Positions 12,092-28,048 of a DNA stretch of 64,000 bases are shown here, in pieces. A program made the position numbers and the translations under genes. Numbering within the stretch: the stretch's first letter is position 1; each line of letters starts with the position of its first letter. A model generated the notes under the pieces. That model was given only the letters and a program-made list of their open reading frames with translations, did not search any database and was not told the origin of the DNA. The DNA is from Eledone cirrhosa (lineage: Eukaryota): the NCBI GenBank assembly GCA_964016885.1, contig OZ024742.1, forward strand, positions 311,736,001 to 311,800,000, read 5' to 3'.

Positions 12092-12498
12092 TAATAATTG
12101 TTTCTACTTTAAGCACAAGGCCATCAATTTGAAGGGGAGAGGAAAGTCGATTAGATCGACTCCAGTGTATTACTGGTACTTTATTTTATCGACCCCGTAA
12201 GGATGAAGGGAAAAGTTAACCTCGGCGGGATTTGAACTCAGACCGTAAACTGCCGTAGCTCTATGCTGCAAAGCATCGCGTCCGACCCTCTACTCATACT
12301 GTCAATCCATAATAATTGTTTCTACTTTTGGCACAAGGCCAGCAATTACTCAGTACATTACTGGTACTTTATTTTATCGACCCCGTAAGGATGAAAGGCA
12401 AAGTTAACCTCGGCGGGATTTGAACTCAGACCGTAAACTGCCGTAGCTCTATGCTGCAAATCCATAATAATAGTAATCTACTGATACTGCCAATCCAT
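12092..12498 (-). mobile_element. Two tandem SINE copies
   Basis: Two copies of the SINE core (12092-12310 and 12311-12498). Confidence 0.85.
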
Positions 12499-12816
12499 AA
12501 TAATAACAAATAACAAAGATATAAAATATAGATTTTTTTTTCAAACCTCTAGGTTCTGTGTTCGAATTCCAGCCATTCACTTGGCTGATGAGAAAGAGTA
12601 AGCACAATCGCCTACATAAACTAGACTGCTGATAACCCAATGAAAAGCAAACCAACAGTATCAATAATAAATGAAACTGATCGATAAACATAATAATGAA
12701 TGAATCTCCCTGTTGTTTGAGTACTGTGAGTTTGCATGTGTGTGTGTATGTGTATTTGTGTGTGTGTTTGTGTGAGTGTATATACATATATTCATACACG
12801 TATACCTAATATATGT

Positions 12817-14405
<1,589 letters not shown>

Positions 14406-14409
14406 AGAT

Positions 14410-14486
<77 letters not shown>

Positions 14487-14676
14487 AAATATGGAGCAGG
14501 GGAGAGAAAAAGAGAAAGATGATTTGAGAGGTGGATAAAGTGTGCTTCTGCATATTTTGTGTGTGAATATATACAAATGCATGAGTCTCTGTGTGTGTGT
14601 AAATGTGTGTCAGTGTGTGTGTGTATGTATTATATATATATATATATATATATATAATACATACACACACTGACAC

Positions 14677-14752
<76 letters not shown>

Positions 14753-14769
14753 TTAGGGAATTTAGTATA

Positions 14770-15300
14770 TTATGGGGCTAGGTAGAGCTGCAGTGACTCT
14801 CATCTTCCGGTAGTGATATTAGAGCATCGGGTCTTTGTTGTTTAGCCGCAAATTAGAGACGACCCCGATGACCTATTAGTCTAGAGTAGAATTCAAAGAA
14901 TGTTTGACTGCTATGTCTATGTGTCCCAGTCCGTAGTACCGGAGCTGTGATTACTCGATTCAAAGAATTAGCGGCTTTGCCTGGAGTAACTCCCTGAGCT
15001 CCGAACTCCGCACCTTATCAAGTAACGTTATTCACGATTGTAATCTTTCAGTCATTTAACCAAGATTCATGTCCATATGTAAGGGTAGGCAGGAACATAG
15101 ACTGAGTTTGACTTTTACACTTACATACCTTCTTCTGATCACTGAGCACTGATGTAGTATTGTGCCAGCTGCAGCAATTCTTGTATTTAATTCAGTCTCC
15201 TATTTTCCATCATTCGTGAAAACGGCTTGGAGATAACTTGAACCTCTTCACCCGCTTCAGTTAAACTCGTCTTTGGTTCATCTTTTAATTGCGTATTTAG
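14770..15300 (-). pseudogene. RTE-clade LINE RT C-terminal fragment
   Basis: Minus-strand remnants FTNDGK.ETELNTRIAAA and LPTLTYGHESW. Confidence 0.65.
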
Positions 15301-15628
15301 CTTGCCTTGCTTTGTTTTTCTTTCTTTCTTTCTTTCTTTCTTTCTTACTTTCTTTCTTTCTTACATAAGTTATAGTCGGCGAATTGGCAGAGTCGTTAGA
15401 ACGTCGATTAGAATAACTTAAGATTAAAGGCGTTTAAACTAAGATAGTGTTTGCTCTGGATATTTAAGCAGAAAAACCCACTGGACTGAAGATGAATAGA
15501 AGATCATATAAAAGATCCAGATTTCATAGATTCAATGGACAACACATAATCTTATGTATGGTCTTTGTTCTAGTTGCCAAAAATGTTTTGATAGCCATAA
15601 TCCAGACAATTTCACTGAAATATTAGAG

Positions 15629-16010
15629 GTGTGGTCGCCAACTGATGGTCCGCGGACCACTGGTGATTCGAGAGAAAATATTGGTGGTCCGCGGAAAAAT
15701 TTGGACATTATTTGCAATTTTTATGTTTTATTAATAATAAAACAAAAATAATATTTGGTTAAAATATATTTTATAACACCCCTAAAAATATTTCTTCTCA
15801 GTAAAGAATTAACATTCATGAAATAATTTTACATATATGTATCATCTTTCGACAATATGACACACATACGCTTCAGTATTTTTAATAAAATGGAAGTTCT
15901 CTGATCATTATTTTACAAATGTATTTATCTTTTTTTAAAAACTTCATATTTGCGGGATTTAAAATTATGAATTTAATGGTCCGTGAAGTCCGAAAGGTTG
16001 GCGACCGCTG
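15629..16010. mobile_element. hAT MITE
   Basis: TIRs GTGGTCGCCAAC / GTTGGCGACCGC; TSD tattagag / tagtagag; subterminal GGTCCG repeats. Confidence 0.75.
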
Positions 16011-16309
16011 TAGTAGAGGATATGCTCTCCACTTTCAAAGAATGACTGTAACAGAGCATCAAGGTACATTACCTCCACAGTCATTAGATCGCTTTCCTGA
16101 AAAAGTTAGGGGACTTAAGAGAAGAACACGAAGAAAGATTCCAATACGATATAAAAACAATGAAGGAGAAATAGCACAGACAGTTGTATACGTATATGAT
16201 AAATTACTGATGGAGTCTTTGGCAGGGTTATATCTGATAATTCCCACGTTAACAAATCCCACAAAAAAACGTATGGGTTGAATAACTGATAATTTTTTGA
16301 TACTAAATA

Positions 16310-16488
16310 TTTGTTTCTACTTTAGGCACAAGGCCAGCAAATTACCCAGTGCATTACTGGTACTTTATTTTATCGACCCCGTAAGGATGAAAGGCAAAGT
16401 CAACCTCGGCGGGATTTGAACTCAGATCGTAAAGGGACGTAACTATGCTGGAAAGCATGGCGTCCGACCTTCTACCGATACTGCCAAT
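16310..16488 (-). mobile_element. SINE
   Basis: Same SINE core. Confidence 0.85.
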
Positions 16489-17204
16489 ATTGTTAGCAGG
16501 ATTCATTTGGGCTTGTATAATATCTGTCGAATATGGTTAAATTGAGACTAAACAGTAATAACTACATTACATTACAGTGCAATATAGTAGGTCTAACAGA
16601 GGAGCCTCAAAGTAGATACTTGATCTGCTAGAAACAACTGCTAAATCTCCCCGAAGAGAATGATCACATTGGATAATGTAGTTCTAGACGCGCTATCTGA
16701 ATAAAACAGAACAAGCAAATTTGATTGTTTATTGTAATTCAACTAATTAGCTATTATCCAATACTATCATATATCAACACGTTCCAAGCCACGTATATAC
16801 GAATGCATGAACTACTTGTATACTTCTCTAATAGTTTAGTCCATACTAAGAGCAACAAAACGTTGAAGAGTGTTATCTTATCTTGTGCCAGCGCCTTAAA
16901 TTGCTCACTTAACCATGCTGTAGTGTATAGCTAGACGGGGACGTCTGTTTCATTGAATCTACTGCCGGAATCCTGTATATGCCTAACGTGAACATATCAT
17001 ATCACACACATTATTTATATACATCGTGATAACTATAGATTAAACAGTTAACTCTCAGATACAGACGATTAACTATAGAGTAGATGTGGAAATAGGAATG
17101 TACGTGCGTGTATGATATGAATGTGTATGAGTGTGTATGTGTGTGTGTTTCCGCCTTCATGTTCCGATGTAAACTAATATGCGTATTATATATATATATA
17201 TATG

Positions 17205-17385
17205 TAAAAGGTAAACAGAAATAACAACACAATCGGTACAGTATATGGAAGGAATATATTAGGTTAACGCTTGATATAGCAGGAAGAGAGTCTTAACGTT
17301 TCGGACGCTAGTCCTTCATCAGAAGAAAGAATGAGAAATAAGATAGATTGAGGGAACGGGTGGGTTGGAATTGGAGAAAATGTCT
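17205..17385 (-). mobile_element. Neptune 3'-end fragment with intact hammerhead at 17291-17326
   Basis: Reverse complement of about 3155-3333, flanked by (TA)n on both sides. Confidence 0.85.
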
Positions 17386-17634
17386 TATATATATATATAA
17401 TAAAATTAAGATAAATGATAATGGAAAGCAGGAGGAACGAAAACACACACATATGTGTGTATATACATATACATAAACATATATATATATAGAGAGGTGG
17501 GCGAGCAATATGGCAGTATGCTACTAGGTCCGTCTCCAGGTCAAAAACATACCACACCCCTTTTCCTCTCTGTGTTTTCTTTGCTTGTTTCCTTAAAGCT
17601 TACCGCCATTCCGTTAGTATATATTACATAGTTT

Positions 17635-17692
17635 ACACCTGATGAGATCACCGGGTTCTTATCCAGCCTGGCCACTGACATGTGCATAGTGT
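17635..17692 (+). ncRNA. Hammerhead-like motif (GAAA mutated to GACA)
   Basis: ACAC-CTGATGA-..CCGGGTT/AGCCTGG..-GACA-TGTGCA-TA-GTGT. Confidence 0.55.
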
Positions 17693-17748
17693 TTACAGTA
17701 ATAACAAATTAAGGAAATTCAATATACTTGGCCTCCTGTCATTTCACT

Positions 17749-17824
<76 letters not shown>

Positions 17825-18116
17825 TGTAATTTACAGCATAAGATAATTATTTCATTTACCAGTGGTTTCTTGATATATATATATATGACTCTTTTGATCT
17901 TTTACTCTTTTACCTGTTCCAGCCATCCGGCTGTTGCTACACGTTCTATCTCCAGCCTGAGTTGGCTGTCCATTGGTGTAAGAGGGAGTTCGTTGCTGCT
18001 ACCCTTAGGTTACCTTCGTACCGTGCTGTGGGCTCATCCGGGATCCTGGATAGCAGAGTGTCAAGAAGTTTCTTGAAAACCAACAAACAAATAAACACAC
18101 ACACACGCACACACGC

Positions 18117-18156
<40 letters not shown>

Positions 18157-18219
18157 ATATATATACGTATATATATGTACATATACACACATACACACAG
18201 ATACATAGACCCCCCCCCC

Positions 18220-18260
<41 letters not shown>

Positions 18261-18276
18261 GTAAAAAACCGGTACA

Positions 18277-18488
18277 GCACTCAGTCCAAAAGGAAGTTTG
18301 GTATAGAGATAGAGTTAGCTCCACAATAGACTAGCAAACCATTTTTGCGGACTCAGTGGGCTTCGACAGAGATTTCACCAGCGTTGATCAACTCGAGGAC
18401 GTATGGTGAGACACGTGTACATGAATATGGTTTGTTAATATGTTGTGGAATTAACTTTAAACCGAACTCGTCCTATGGACTGAGTGCT
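18277..18488 (+). other. Long imperfect hairpin island between (TA)n tracts
   Basis: agcactcagtcca/tggactgagtgct and gagttagctccacaatagactagcaaaccat/atggtttgttaatatgttgtggaattaactt. Confidence 0.65.
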
Positions 18489-18519
18489 CTACTACGGATA
18501 TAACGTCTCAGTGTTCTAC

Positions 18520-18629
<110 letters not shown>

Positions 18630-18638
18630 TTATATATC

Positions 18639-18728
<90 letters not shown>

Positions 18729-19189
18729 TATATCGTTTCTGAATTTGTTTAGCAAGATTCTTTATCTGAAAACGTGTGTTGAAACCGATATTGTTATACT
18801 TTGGGAGGGTCATGTTGCCAATAAGAAACACTCGCACCAGTTGCTTTCACTCCAATTTATTATAAATAAAAAAAATTTTGAAAAAAAAAAGACCATCTCC
18901 ACTGAAACTTTCGTGAAATAGTCTTTTAAGACTATACAGAGCATTTGTAGTTTTTCAAAATTGAAGGATGAGTATTTTAAACTTTATTTTATTCTGAGTT
19001 AAGGCTCTATTGATTTTTCCCTGGATTTCACCAAATTCTGTGGATGAATCTATATCCTGATTCTTTTTGGATTGAGTTTGAATTATTTTCCCACATCTTA
19101 CGTTAACTATTTTTCCATTTTGACGCTATAGTCACTTATATATTATGGAATACTGTTGGCTTCTTGCTACAATAATTTCTATACTTTTC

Positions 19190-19224
<35 letters not shown>

Positions 19225-19260
19225 TAACAACAAAGAGCGTTACACACTCCCAATTCTCTC

Positions 19261-19304
<44 letters not shown>

Positions 19305-19539
19305 GATTAATACTCATAAAAAGGACACGATTTATAGTAAAAAGCATTTAAATTAATAATTCTTAGTTACAACATTCTATGTAGAGATGTTTGAATCCTC
19401 GATTTTCCTTAACCATCCCCTCTTGTCCTTCCGGCCATCACTGTTTTTCATTTTATATTCATTTCAATGAATTCATTCAATTTTCTTCTTTAGTTTCTTT
19501 AATTATTATCAAACATATATCCGCTAAATTGTGATGACT

Positions 19540-19830
19540 TTCTTCTATCTACTTACTTATATACCTACCTATCGACATATATACTTATCTACCAACTGAC
19601 CTACCTACCTATCGATATATATATACCTATCTACCAACTGACTTACCTAACTATCGACATATATACCTATCTACCTACCTACCCATCGATATATATACCT
19701 ACCTACCTACCTACCTACCTACCTACCTACCTATATACTTATCTACTGATTGACCTAACTGCCTACTTACCTACATACCCATCTACAAACCTACCTTCCA
19801 ACATACCTACCCGTCTATTCATCTATCTAT
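19540..19830. repeat. Degenerate (ACCT)n/(ATCT)n repeat
   Basis: Direct reading. Confidence 0.85.
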
Positions 19831-20032
19831 CTTCGGACAACTATTGAGATTTGTGCAACGCTGTTGCTATTCTTGCTGTTGTCCGAAGATAGCTACATTG
19901 GTACATATGCATGAATATGCAACTAAAGATTGACAATCAGGCACATCGATAGAGAGTTAGGTAGACAAACAGAGAGACAAATTTGTAGGTATATAGATAT
20001 ATAGATGGGCAGATATGTAGGTAGATAGATAT

Positions 20033-20925
20033 ATTTCTTTATTTGTCACAAGAGCGCACAAGAAAAGGGGACAATACAAAGACATATGCCGGGGATTTTA
20101 CATACAGTCGTGTAAAAATATTGAAACAAACAATTATAACAATCGAAATCCCCAATAGGGAAGAGGCGCCAAAAATGGGTTGTTTAATACCCCGTCGATA
20201 GAACATCCCTCAACTTCAGGAGGGTGTTGTGCAAGTGCTCCTTTCTTCCTTTTGCACTCTTCTTTAACCTACAGGCTTATAAACAGAGAAGGCCCAATCA
20301 CTCGGGCCATTTTCGCTTCATTCACCCACCTTTCAGTAAATTCACTGGGCTGCAGTGCCTCTCTCTCCACTCTGATTTTCCTTCTAAAATGGTATCTAAA
20401 GAAGGGAATCAATTGTTGTCCGGAGAGAAAAGCATCTGTCCTCATTCCTTTCAATCTCGTCCACCATATAACGTTTTTCACCGTAGTCACTATACAGAGG
20501 AAAAACTGCCCCTCTTTCGTTTTTGAAAGAGGCTGGCGGGTTGATCCTTACTATGGACTCGGCAGTCAACTGGATTTGTCCCATACTCGACAGAAGTTGT
20601 TCCACGTATTTACACAGGCCGCTTACGCCCGGGCAGTGTACAATTGCGTGCAAGACGATTTCAATGTTCTGCTCGTATCTTGGACACGTTCTCTTGGAAT
20701 GATCCCTGCTGGGGCGTCCGTGCCTGTAGATCTTGTCTCGAACAGGTAGAGCTCCTCGGTAGCACTGCCAGGCCAGGGACCTCTGGAAGTTGTCCATAGG
20801 TCCCGGGCAGAAATTTACCGAACAGACTGGTGAGCTCGTCGTCTTCGACGCCTAGAGTCTCCCCGAGCACGTCGTCGCCCTTGTAACGTATTAACCCTCT
20901 ATAGAATGTCGAAGTGGAGTCTCCA
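20033..20925 (-). mobile_element. Tx1 LINE 3' fragment
   Basis: MDNFQRSLAWQCYRGALPVRDK..CPR..HAIVHCP zinc knuckle. The 3' end aataaagaaat is followed by atctatct. Confidence 0.85.
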
Positions 20926-21140
20926 CTGATTGGTAGACAGTTTGGTAGAAAGATAGGCGGCTGTACTTATTGTTTAAAGCTAGATAGATATACCGGTAGA
21001 TAATTATAGATAGTGGCTGTTCTACCACCGAACGTCTTGTCAGCACTGTGTGTATGTGTGAGAGAGGGTGGGGGACAAAATATCAAACTACTATTTCCCA
21101 GAAAAATCTAGCACAAAATAGTTATCACTTGATGCTTGTT

Positions 21141-21189
<49 letters not shown>

Positions 21190-21239
21190 CAACGCTAGGT
21201 GATACCTAATTGTCTGGCTCGTTATTATTATTGTGTGTG

Positions 21240-21640
21240 TATATATATATAAAACTGATGTTGTCTGTGTGTCCTCATTTTTGCAAAGTCTATACAAATC
21301 CACATTTCTGCTCCGATTGACTTCAAACTTGCATTTATATATTCCTTGCGGTCTAAAGATATTAACTGCCGCTTTTCTTTTTTCAATTTTCTGTTGTTAA
21401 AGTGTGTTAGGCACCGGTTATCCATCCCCGTCGCGCCCTTATAATATCTGTCTGTATGCCTGGCTGTCTGCATAACGTCATTGCTGACGTATTATCTTCG
21501 CTACATTCACACACAGACACGCATGCACACGCACACACGCACACACACACACGCGCGCGCGCACGCGCACATCTATATATACATATATACGTATATATAC
21601 ATATATATACACATATATACATATACACACACATACACAT

Positions 21641-21673
<33 letters not shown>

Positions 21674-21921
21674 CATATACAAACACATGTACACATATAT
21701 AGATATACACATATACACATATATAAATATACACATAAAAATGTATGTATATAGACACATATATATTTATATATATATACATATATACATACATACATAC
21801 ACACACACATATATATATGCATACATACACACATAGACACATACACAGACACACACACACACACACATACATATATATATATATGTATTTGTGTATATAT
21901 ATATATATATGTGTGTGTATC

Positions 21922-22008
<87 letters not shown>

Positions 22009-22892
22009 ATAATAATAAATTTGAAGACTAAAATTCAAAGAGGGCTCGATAAGGATAAATATATATCAAATATATAAGAACCGTAGAGCAAATATTTATT
22101 ATTCATATGAAATTTCGTTTCATTCTTTTTCATTTATCGTTTTCGGTACGCCCGGCCGACTAACTCACTCGATATGCAAATTAGGCTGCTCAGCCGTTAA
22201 TATGCATAAGGAAAGTATATACTTTCAAACGTTCAATCATCTGACAGGAAGCTATACAATGCTGACGATAGCTAATAAGCTTGAAACTAGTTCATCGTTC
22301 CTTTGTCAGTGTTGAACAAAATGGCAACGATGGTTGCCGAACACTGTACGGCTTAATTCGGGCTGTTTGTTTACAAACAAACCGAACATTATAATAAATG
22401 ATCGGTAAACCCATACGTACATATATATATGTGTGCATGTATGTATATATATACATACTACTGTACGTCTGTATACATATATGTATGTACGTATACATAC
22501 TTATATTTAAGTATCAGCCGTACTAAGAGTGAGAAATAAAATTTCGTTTCATTCTTTTATATATATATTCGGATACAGACATTTTTGCATGCACATACAA
22601 ACAAAGTATTTATTTCGCGATAAAGTATTGATTTTCTTCGAACGGAAAAAACCCTGGAAATGTACGACGAATTTTTTTTTATAAGCACAAAATGTAGACA
22701 CCAATCCGAGGACGAGGTATTCCGTACTTCTCTGTAGTGTTATTTATATATTCGTGTACAGATATTTCGGCATACACAATAACAAAATATCATCAAACGT
22801 ATTTACTTCAAGAGGCTCGAGAAGGATGAATATATATCAAATACTTAAGAACCCTAGAGCAAATCCAGAGCAACGCCGGAACATTCTGCTAG
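21240..22892 (+). mobile_element. Non-autonomous Helitron (second copy, with insertions)
   Basis: 5' tatatataaaactgatgttgtctg..ccgatt; 3' CCAGAGCAACGCCGG..CTGCTAG|T. Shares blocks with 9953-10726. Confidence 0.7.
22110..22558 (+). mobile_element. Second copy of the 8520 retrozyme-like unit (one unit plus ~20-nt redundancy), hammerhead at 22256-22298
   Basis: aaatttcgtttcattctttt at both ends; ACAATG-CTGACGA-TAGCT aata AGCTT-GAAAC-TA-GTT-CATCGT. Confidence 0.75.
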
Positions 22893-22914
22893 TATATATA
22901 TATATATATATATT

Positions 22915-23855
22915 TCGTTTCTGAATTTGTTTAGCAAGATTCTTTATCTGAAATCGTGTGTTGAAACCGATATTGTTATACTTTGGGAGGGTCATGTTGC
23001 CAATAAGAAACACACGCACCAGTTGCTTTCACTTCAATTTATTATATATTTATAAATTTATAAATTTACAAATTTACAAACCTATAAATTTCTGGTTGGT
23101 TGGTTGGTTCCACAACCAGATAGTTGTTTATATATAGTCATAGTCCTTTCGTCACACACTCTGTGACCTCTTCAGTGACTGGGGATTCCTTTCCTTTGTT
23201 TCTGTGCCTTTCCTTTCTTCTATCCTACGCCATTTTGTTTCTGTGTGTGTGTTGTGTGCTCAGTTTGCGCATGCGCCACATCCGGGTGTCTGTGTGTGTT
23301 TGTGTTCATTTATCTATTTGTTTATTTATTTATTTATTTATTGTTGGTTGGTTGTTTGTTCTATGTGTGTGTGTGTTTTCATTTTGTCCTGTGTGTGTTT
23401 TCATTTTGTCCTTAATTATAAGTTGTTTGTTCTATGTGTGTGTGTGTTTTCATTTTGTCCTGTGTGTGTTTTCATTTTGTCCTTAATTGTAAGTTGTGAT
23501 GTTGCTGTTCCACTCATATTTTCTATTTAATTTTGGTTTTAATTCTTTTATGCTTACTGCCTCTGTAATTTGCCTAAACATTGCGTCTTTTCTGTGTGTG
23601 GATTCTATTTTTATTTCTATGTTCTCTAATCTACCCCTGTGTTCTATCTGTAGATAGAACACAGGGGTCGATTAGAGAACATACCAACATACCAACATTA
23701 GAGAACATACCAACATACCAACCAACCAACCAGAAATTTATAGGTTTGTAAATTTGTAAATTTATAAATTTATAAATATATAATAAATTGAAGTGAAAGC
23801 AACTGGTGCGTGTGTTTCTTATTGGCAACATGACCCTCCCAAAGTATAACAATAT
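22915..23855. repeat. Interspersed repeat with inverted arms (22970-23108 / 23719-23853); further copy at 18735-18865
   Basis: gttatactttgggagggtcatgttgccaataagaaacac and its reverse complement; internal palindrome at 23618-23684. Confidence 0.7.
23136..23180 (-). ncRNA. Canonical-core type I hammerhead
   Basis: Minus strand AGTCA-CTGAAGA-G-GTCACA gagtg TGTGAC-GAAA-GGAC-TA-TGACT. Confidence 0.85.
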
Positions 23856-23885
23856 ATAACAATATATATATATATATACATACAT

Positions 23886-23977
<92 letters not shown>

Positions 23978-24150
23978 AATTAGTATATCTACTAACATAT
24001 ATATACAGATGCATACGTATGCCAGCAAATATATAGGTTTTGTCTTAGTAACTTTGTGGTTCAATGCATGGGGATGCAGAACAATAATATGAAAGACGTA
24101 AAATAAGAAAATTATAAAAATTAACTTACTTACTAAAATTTCACTCCAAC

Positions 24151-24512
24151 TAATTAGTTTCTGAAAGGGAATAAACATGGTTTCCGAAGAAATCCACGGA
24201 GAAGTCCTTTCGTCATTAGGGAAGTCTATTCTCAGCTAAGTTTCCAGGCAATGCGTGGACACAGGGAACTTATATAAAAATAATTCAGTGGATGGAAAAA
24301 AGCAAAGCGTAGACTAAGTTCCAAGACATTGAAAAAATCACTGCCTACTAGGTCTTGGAACTTTTTTCCATCCACTGAATTATTTTTGTATAAGTTCCCT
24401 GTGTCCACGCATTGCCTGGAAACTTAGCTGAGAATAGACTTCCCTGATGTCGAAAGGACTTCTCCGTGGATTTCTTCGGAAACCATGTTTATTCCCTTTC
24501 AGAAACTAATTA
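24151..24512. repeat. Fold-back (~150-bp arms) with hammerhead-like motif in each arm
   Basis: Arms 24151-24300 / 24362-24512. Cores CTAATGA and CTGATGT (consensus CTGATGA), then CGAA..TTCG and GAAACCATGTT. Confidence 0.75.
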
Positions 24513-25004
24513 CACAAGCACACAAATAAACATACATATCTTTACTTTCTTTATTTCTATAGAAAATCTGAATTCTGACACCCCAGCGAACTAACCATAT
24601 TCACTGAACCAGATCAATTCTCCCATCCCATTTCTCTTGACCATTATCTTTTGCTTGTCATAAAATTCTCTAAAAAGGCTACAGAATAGATTTCCAAATA
24701 AGGGAGCGAAATTTAATGAAAACTTGTTCACGTGACAGCCATAATTTCATTTATAACCAATCAAATCACGTTTATTAAAAAACCTTCGTGAGCCCCTTTT
24801 TTTAAAGTAAAAAGAAATTCAAACACTCATAAATGAAAAAAAAAAACCTGAGGCCCCCCCCCCCTTGTTTGAAGAATTTTGTAACGCGAACTGGCGCGAA
24901 ATTTATTATAATTATTGACCAACCAATCAAATTACTTCTCTAAAAACCTGGCATTTCGAGCCACTTTTTTTCCATATAAAGCAAGTAACATTCAGAGGCC
25001 AACC

Positions 25005-25210
25005 AGATGTGAGAAAAACCACAGACCCTCCATCTCAACTCTACTTTTGAAAAGCAGAAGAACTGCGAAACCGGTAAAGGAACCAAATAAATATATATAT
25101 ATTTTTAAAAATAAGACTCCAGTTGCATTTTCAATTTCATCTTTTTTTCTTTATACTTTCACTCGTGTAGGACACCTCGGTTATTTTTCATTTTGTAAAA
25201 AAAACCTCAC

Positions 25211-25217
<7 letters not shown>
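25005..25217 (+). mobile_element. Short PLE-end-like repeat with U3-A8 hammerhead at 25043-25080
   Basis: Near-identical to 42646-42860. Confidence 0.75.
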
Positions 25218-25288
<71 letters not shown>

Positions 25289-25293
25289 GTATG

Positions 25294-25822
25294 TATAGAA
25301 ATCACATGAATCAAAGTTCTGTTAAAACCATTTATTAGCTTACAATTGTTTCGTCCAAACCGAGGTTTAGTGTCTTCGGAGCAATTTTTCAATGATTGTT
25401 TACATACATGACCTCCTTTCCAACACAAGAGACATACAGAAACATGTATATATCGATGCACAATGGGGTGACATCCATTATAATATTTTAGCATGGTAAT
25501 TTACATTCAAAAATTAAAATCATATTAAAAGAAGATTAAAACAAAATTAAAGTTAAAATACAACTTTAATTTTGTTTTAATTTTGTTTTAATATGATTTT
25601 AATTTTTGAATGTAAATTGCCATGCTAAAATATTATAATGGATGATACCCCACTGTGCATCGATATATACATGTTTCTGTATGTCTCTTGTGTTGGAAAG
25701 GAGGTCATGTATGTAAACAATCTTTGAAAAATTGCTCCGAAGACACTAAACCTCGGTTTGGACGAAACAATTGTAAGACAATAAATGGTTTGAACAGAAC
25801 TTTGATTCATGTTATTTCTATA
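25294..25822. repeat. Fold-back (~260-bp arms) with CCGAAGA hammerhead in each arm (25335-25386 minus, 25731-25782 plus)
   Basis: ATTGCT-CCGAAGA-..CTAAACC tc GGTTTGG..-GAAAC-AATT-GTA-AGC(T)AAT. Confidence 0.8.
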
Positions 25823-25849
25823 TAACTGCTCTGTAGAACAACTGATGTT

Positions 25850-25958
25850 ATCCCGCCGAGGTTGACTTTGCCTTTCATCCCTACGGGGTCGATAAAATAA
25901 AGTACCAGTAATGCACTGGAATAATTGCTGGCATTGTGCCTAAAGTAGAAACAGTTAT
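25850..25958 (+). mobile_element. SINE 3' part
   Basis: Same SINE core. Confidence 0.8.
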
Positions 25959-26106
25959 TACATTGAGCTATTTATCTTACTGGTAATAAGGTAGTAATAA
26001 ATTACTGTCTTTCACTGTTTAGGGTTTATAATATATATAACTATAAAAAGTTTTAGTATATACATAACCATAAATAGTATCCTTAATACTTTATGTATGT
26101 ATATAT

Positions 26107-26244
<138 letters not shown>

Positions 26245-26279
26245 GTATATGTGTGTGTATGTGTTTTTCTTATATATGT

Positions 26280-26527
26280 ATCTCTCAGTGAGAGAATATG
26301 CTCCGAAATCATTAGACGTGTCCGTCAAACCCGCGGCTCCAGAATCAGACAGATCCACACAATGATCGCGTCTCGAGCTGTCCGCCGGGGAAACAATTGT
26401 AACACACAATAAATTGAGTTCAGATGCATCACTGATTTTTCTTTTTCTATTCTATCATACTCTGATCTGTAAGAGCATAGAGTGCTCAACCGGCATACCG
26501 CCTATGGAAGCTTCTTAGCTACCATCA

Positions 26528-26530
<3 letters not shown>
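26280..26530 (+). mobile_element. Family B element with variant hammerhead at 26318-26405
   Basis: GTGT-CCGTCAA-A-CCCGCGG..CCGCCGGG-GAAAC-AATT-GTA-ACAC. Second copy at 60278-60647. Confidence 0.7.
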
Positions 26531-26624
<94 letters not shown>

Positions 26625-26902
26625 TGTCTGTCAGAAACGTTGAGGGTAAATGTTCTAACTATCCTAAAATGCTTTCATACATTCCAGCAATCAGCGTCCT
26701 CTATCATCAGTGTTGTCTCTCTCTTTCTCTCTCTCCTTTTTGTCTGTATCCCACTCCACAAACACTCCTTCACTCCATCTCTCCCCCCCCCTCTCTCTCT
26801 CATCTCTCCTTGCTCTTCTTCTTTTTCCTTCCCCATCCTACCGCTCACTACCTCTCTCTCTCTGTAGCTAGATTTTTCAATAAATTACTTTGCACTCTGC
26901 AC

Positions 26903-26990
<88 letters not shown>

Positions 26991-27099
26991 GGACTAGATC
27001 ACATATTCATCTCCAGAGATGATATGATATGGAATCATATATGTCTGCTGTTACAATGAACAATTACATATTGGTATGACACACACAGACACACACACA

Positions 27100-27148
<49 letters not shown>

Positions 27149-27803
27149 ATAGACACACACACACACACACAAACACAAACACAGACGTACACAGTCACAC
27201 ATTGACACAAACACATACGCACACACTCACACATACACACACACACACACACATTCAGACACACACAAACACAGACACACACTCACACACTCTCAGACAC
27301 ACATAGACATCACACACACACACAGACACACATAGACATCACACACACTCACGCACACACTCGCACAGACAGGTCTTGACATACACAGACACGCACACAC
27401 ACACACACACACTGTATAACCACACATACACAAATTCAGATCCACTACTTGAATTATACATATTTACATACATATGCATCAAATAACAGATATATTATGA
27501 TATCATGATGCCACCATTGATATCATCAGAATATTTCATCGTATTTCATTTCATTCTCTGACAGTTATTAGTTGTGAGTCGAATTTCCTTTCATTTTCTC
27601 CTCCCTTTCTTTCCCTTCTACTCATCAAATTTATTATTTCTTCTTTCATTACTTTTTCTCTCTTTCACATCATAATTAACAAGACCAGCTACACGCGGCA
27701 GAGAGATGTCACAGCGTGTTTACGGTAGTGAACCAGTGGTATCTGAGGGACGAGCTGCTAGAAAGGGCAGCCCCAAAAATCACTCAAAGAAGTGTGCTCA
27801 ACC

Positions 27804-27851
<48 letters not shown>

Positions 27852-27953
27852 GACTGTTATAAGGAGCGAAATATCACGATAATTTAACGGAGTCATAGAC
27901 TCTCGTTATTTCCTGTCAATAATGTGCTCAAAGGAAAAGAAATCCTGAGCTCT

Positions 27954-28048
<95 letters not shown>

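Noticed and set aside
18763-18800. tatCTGAAAACgtgtGTTGAAAC..GTTata hammerhead-like motif (also near 22945)
   Set aside because: The core is two nucleotides short and the stems are minimal, so it is not counted.
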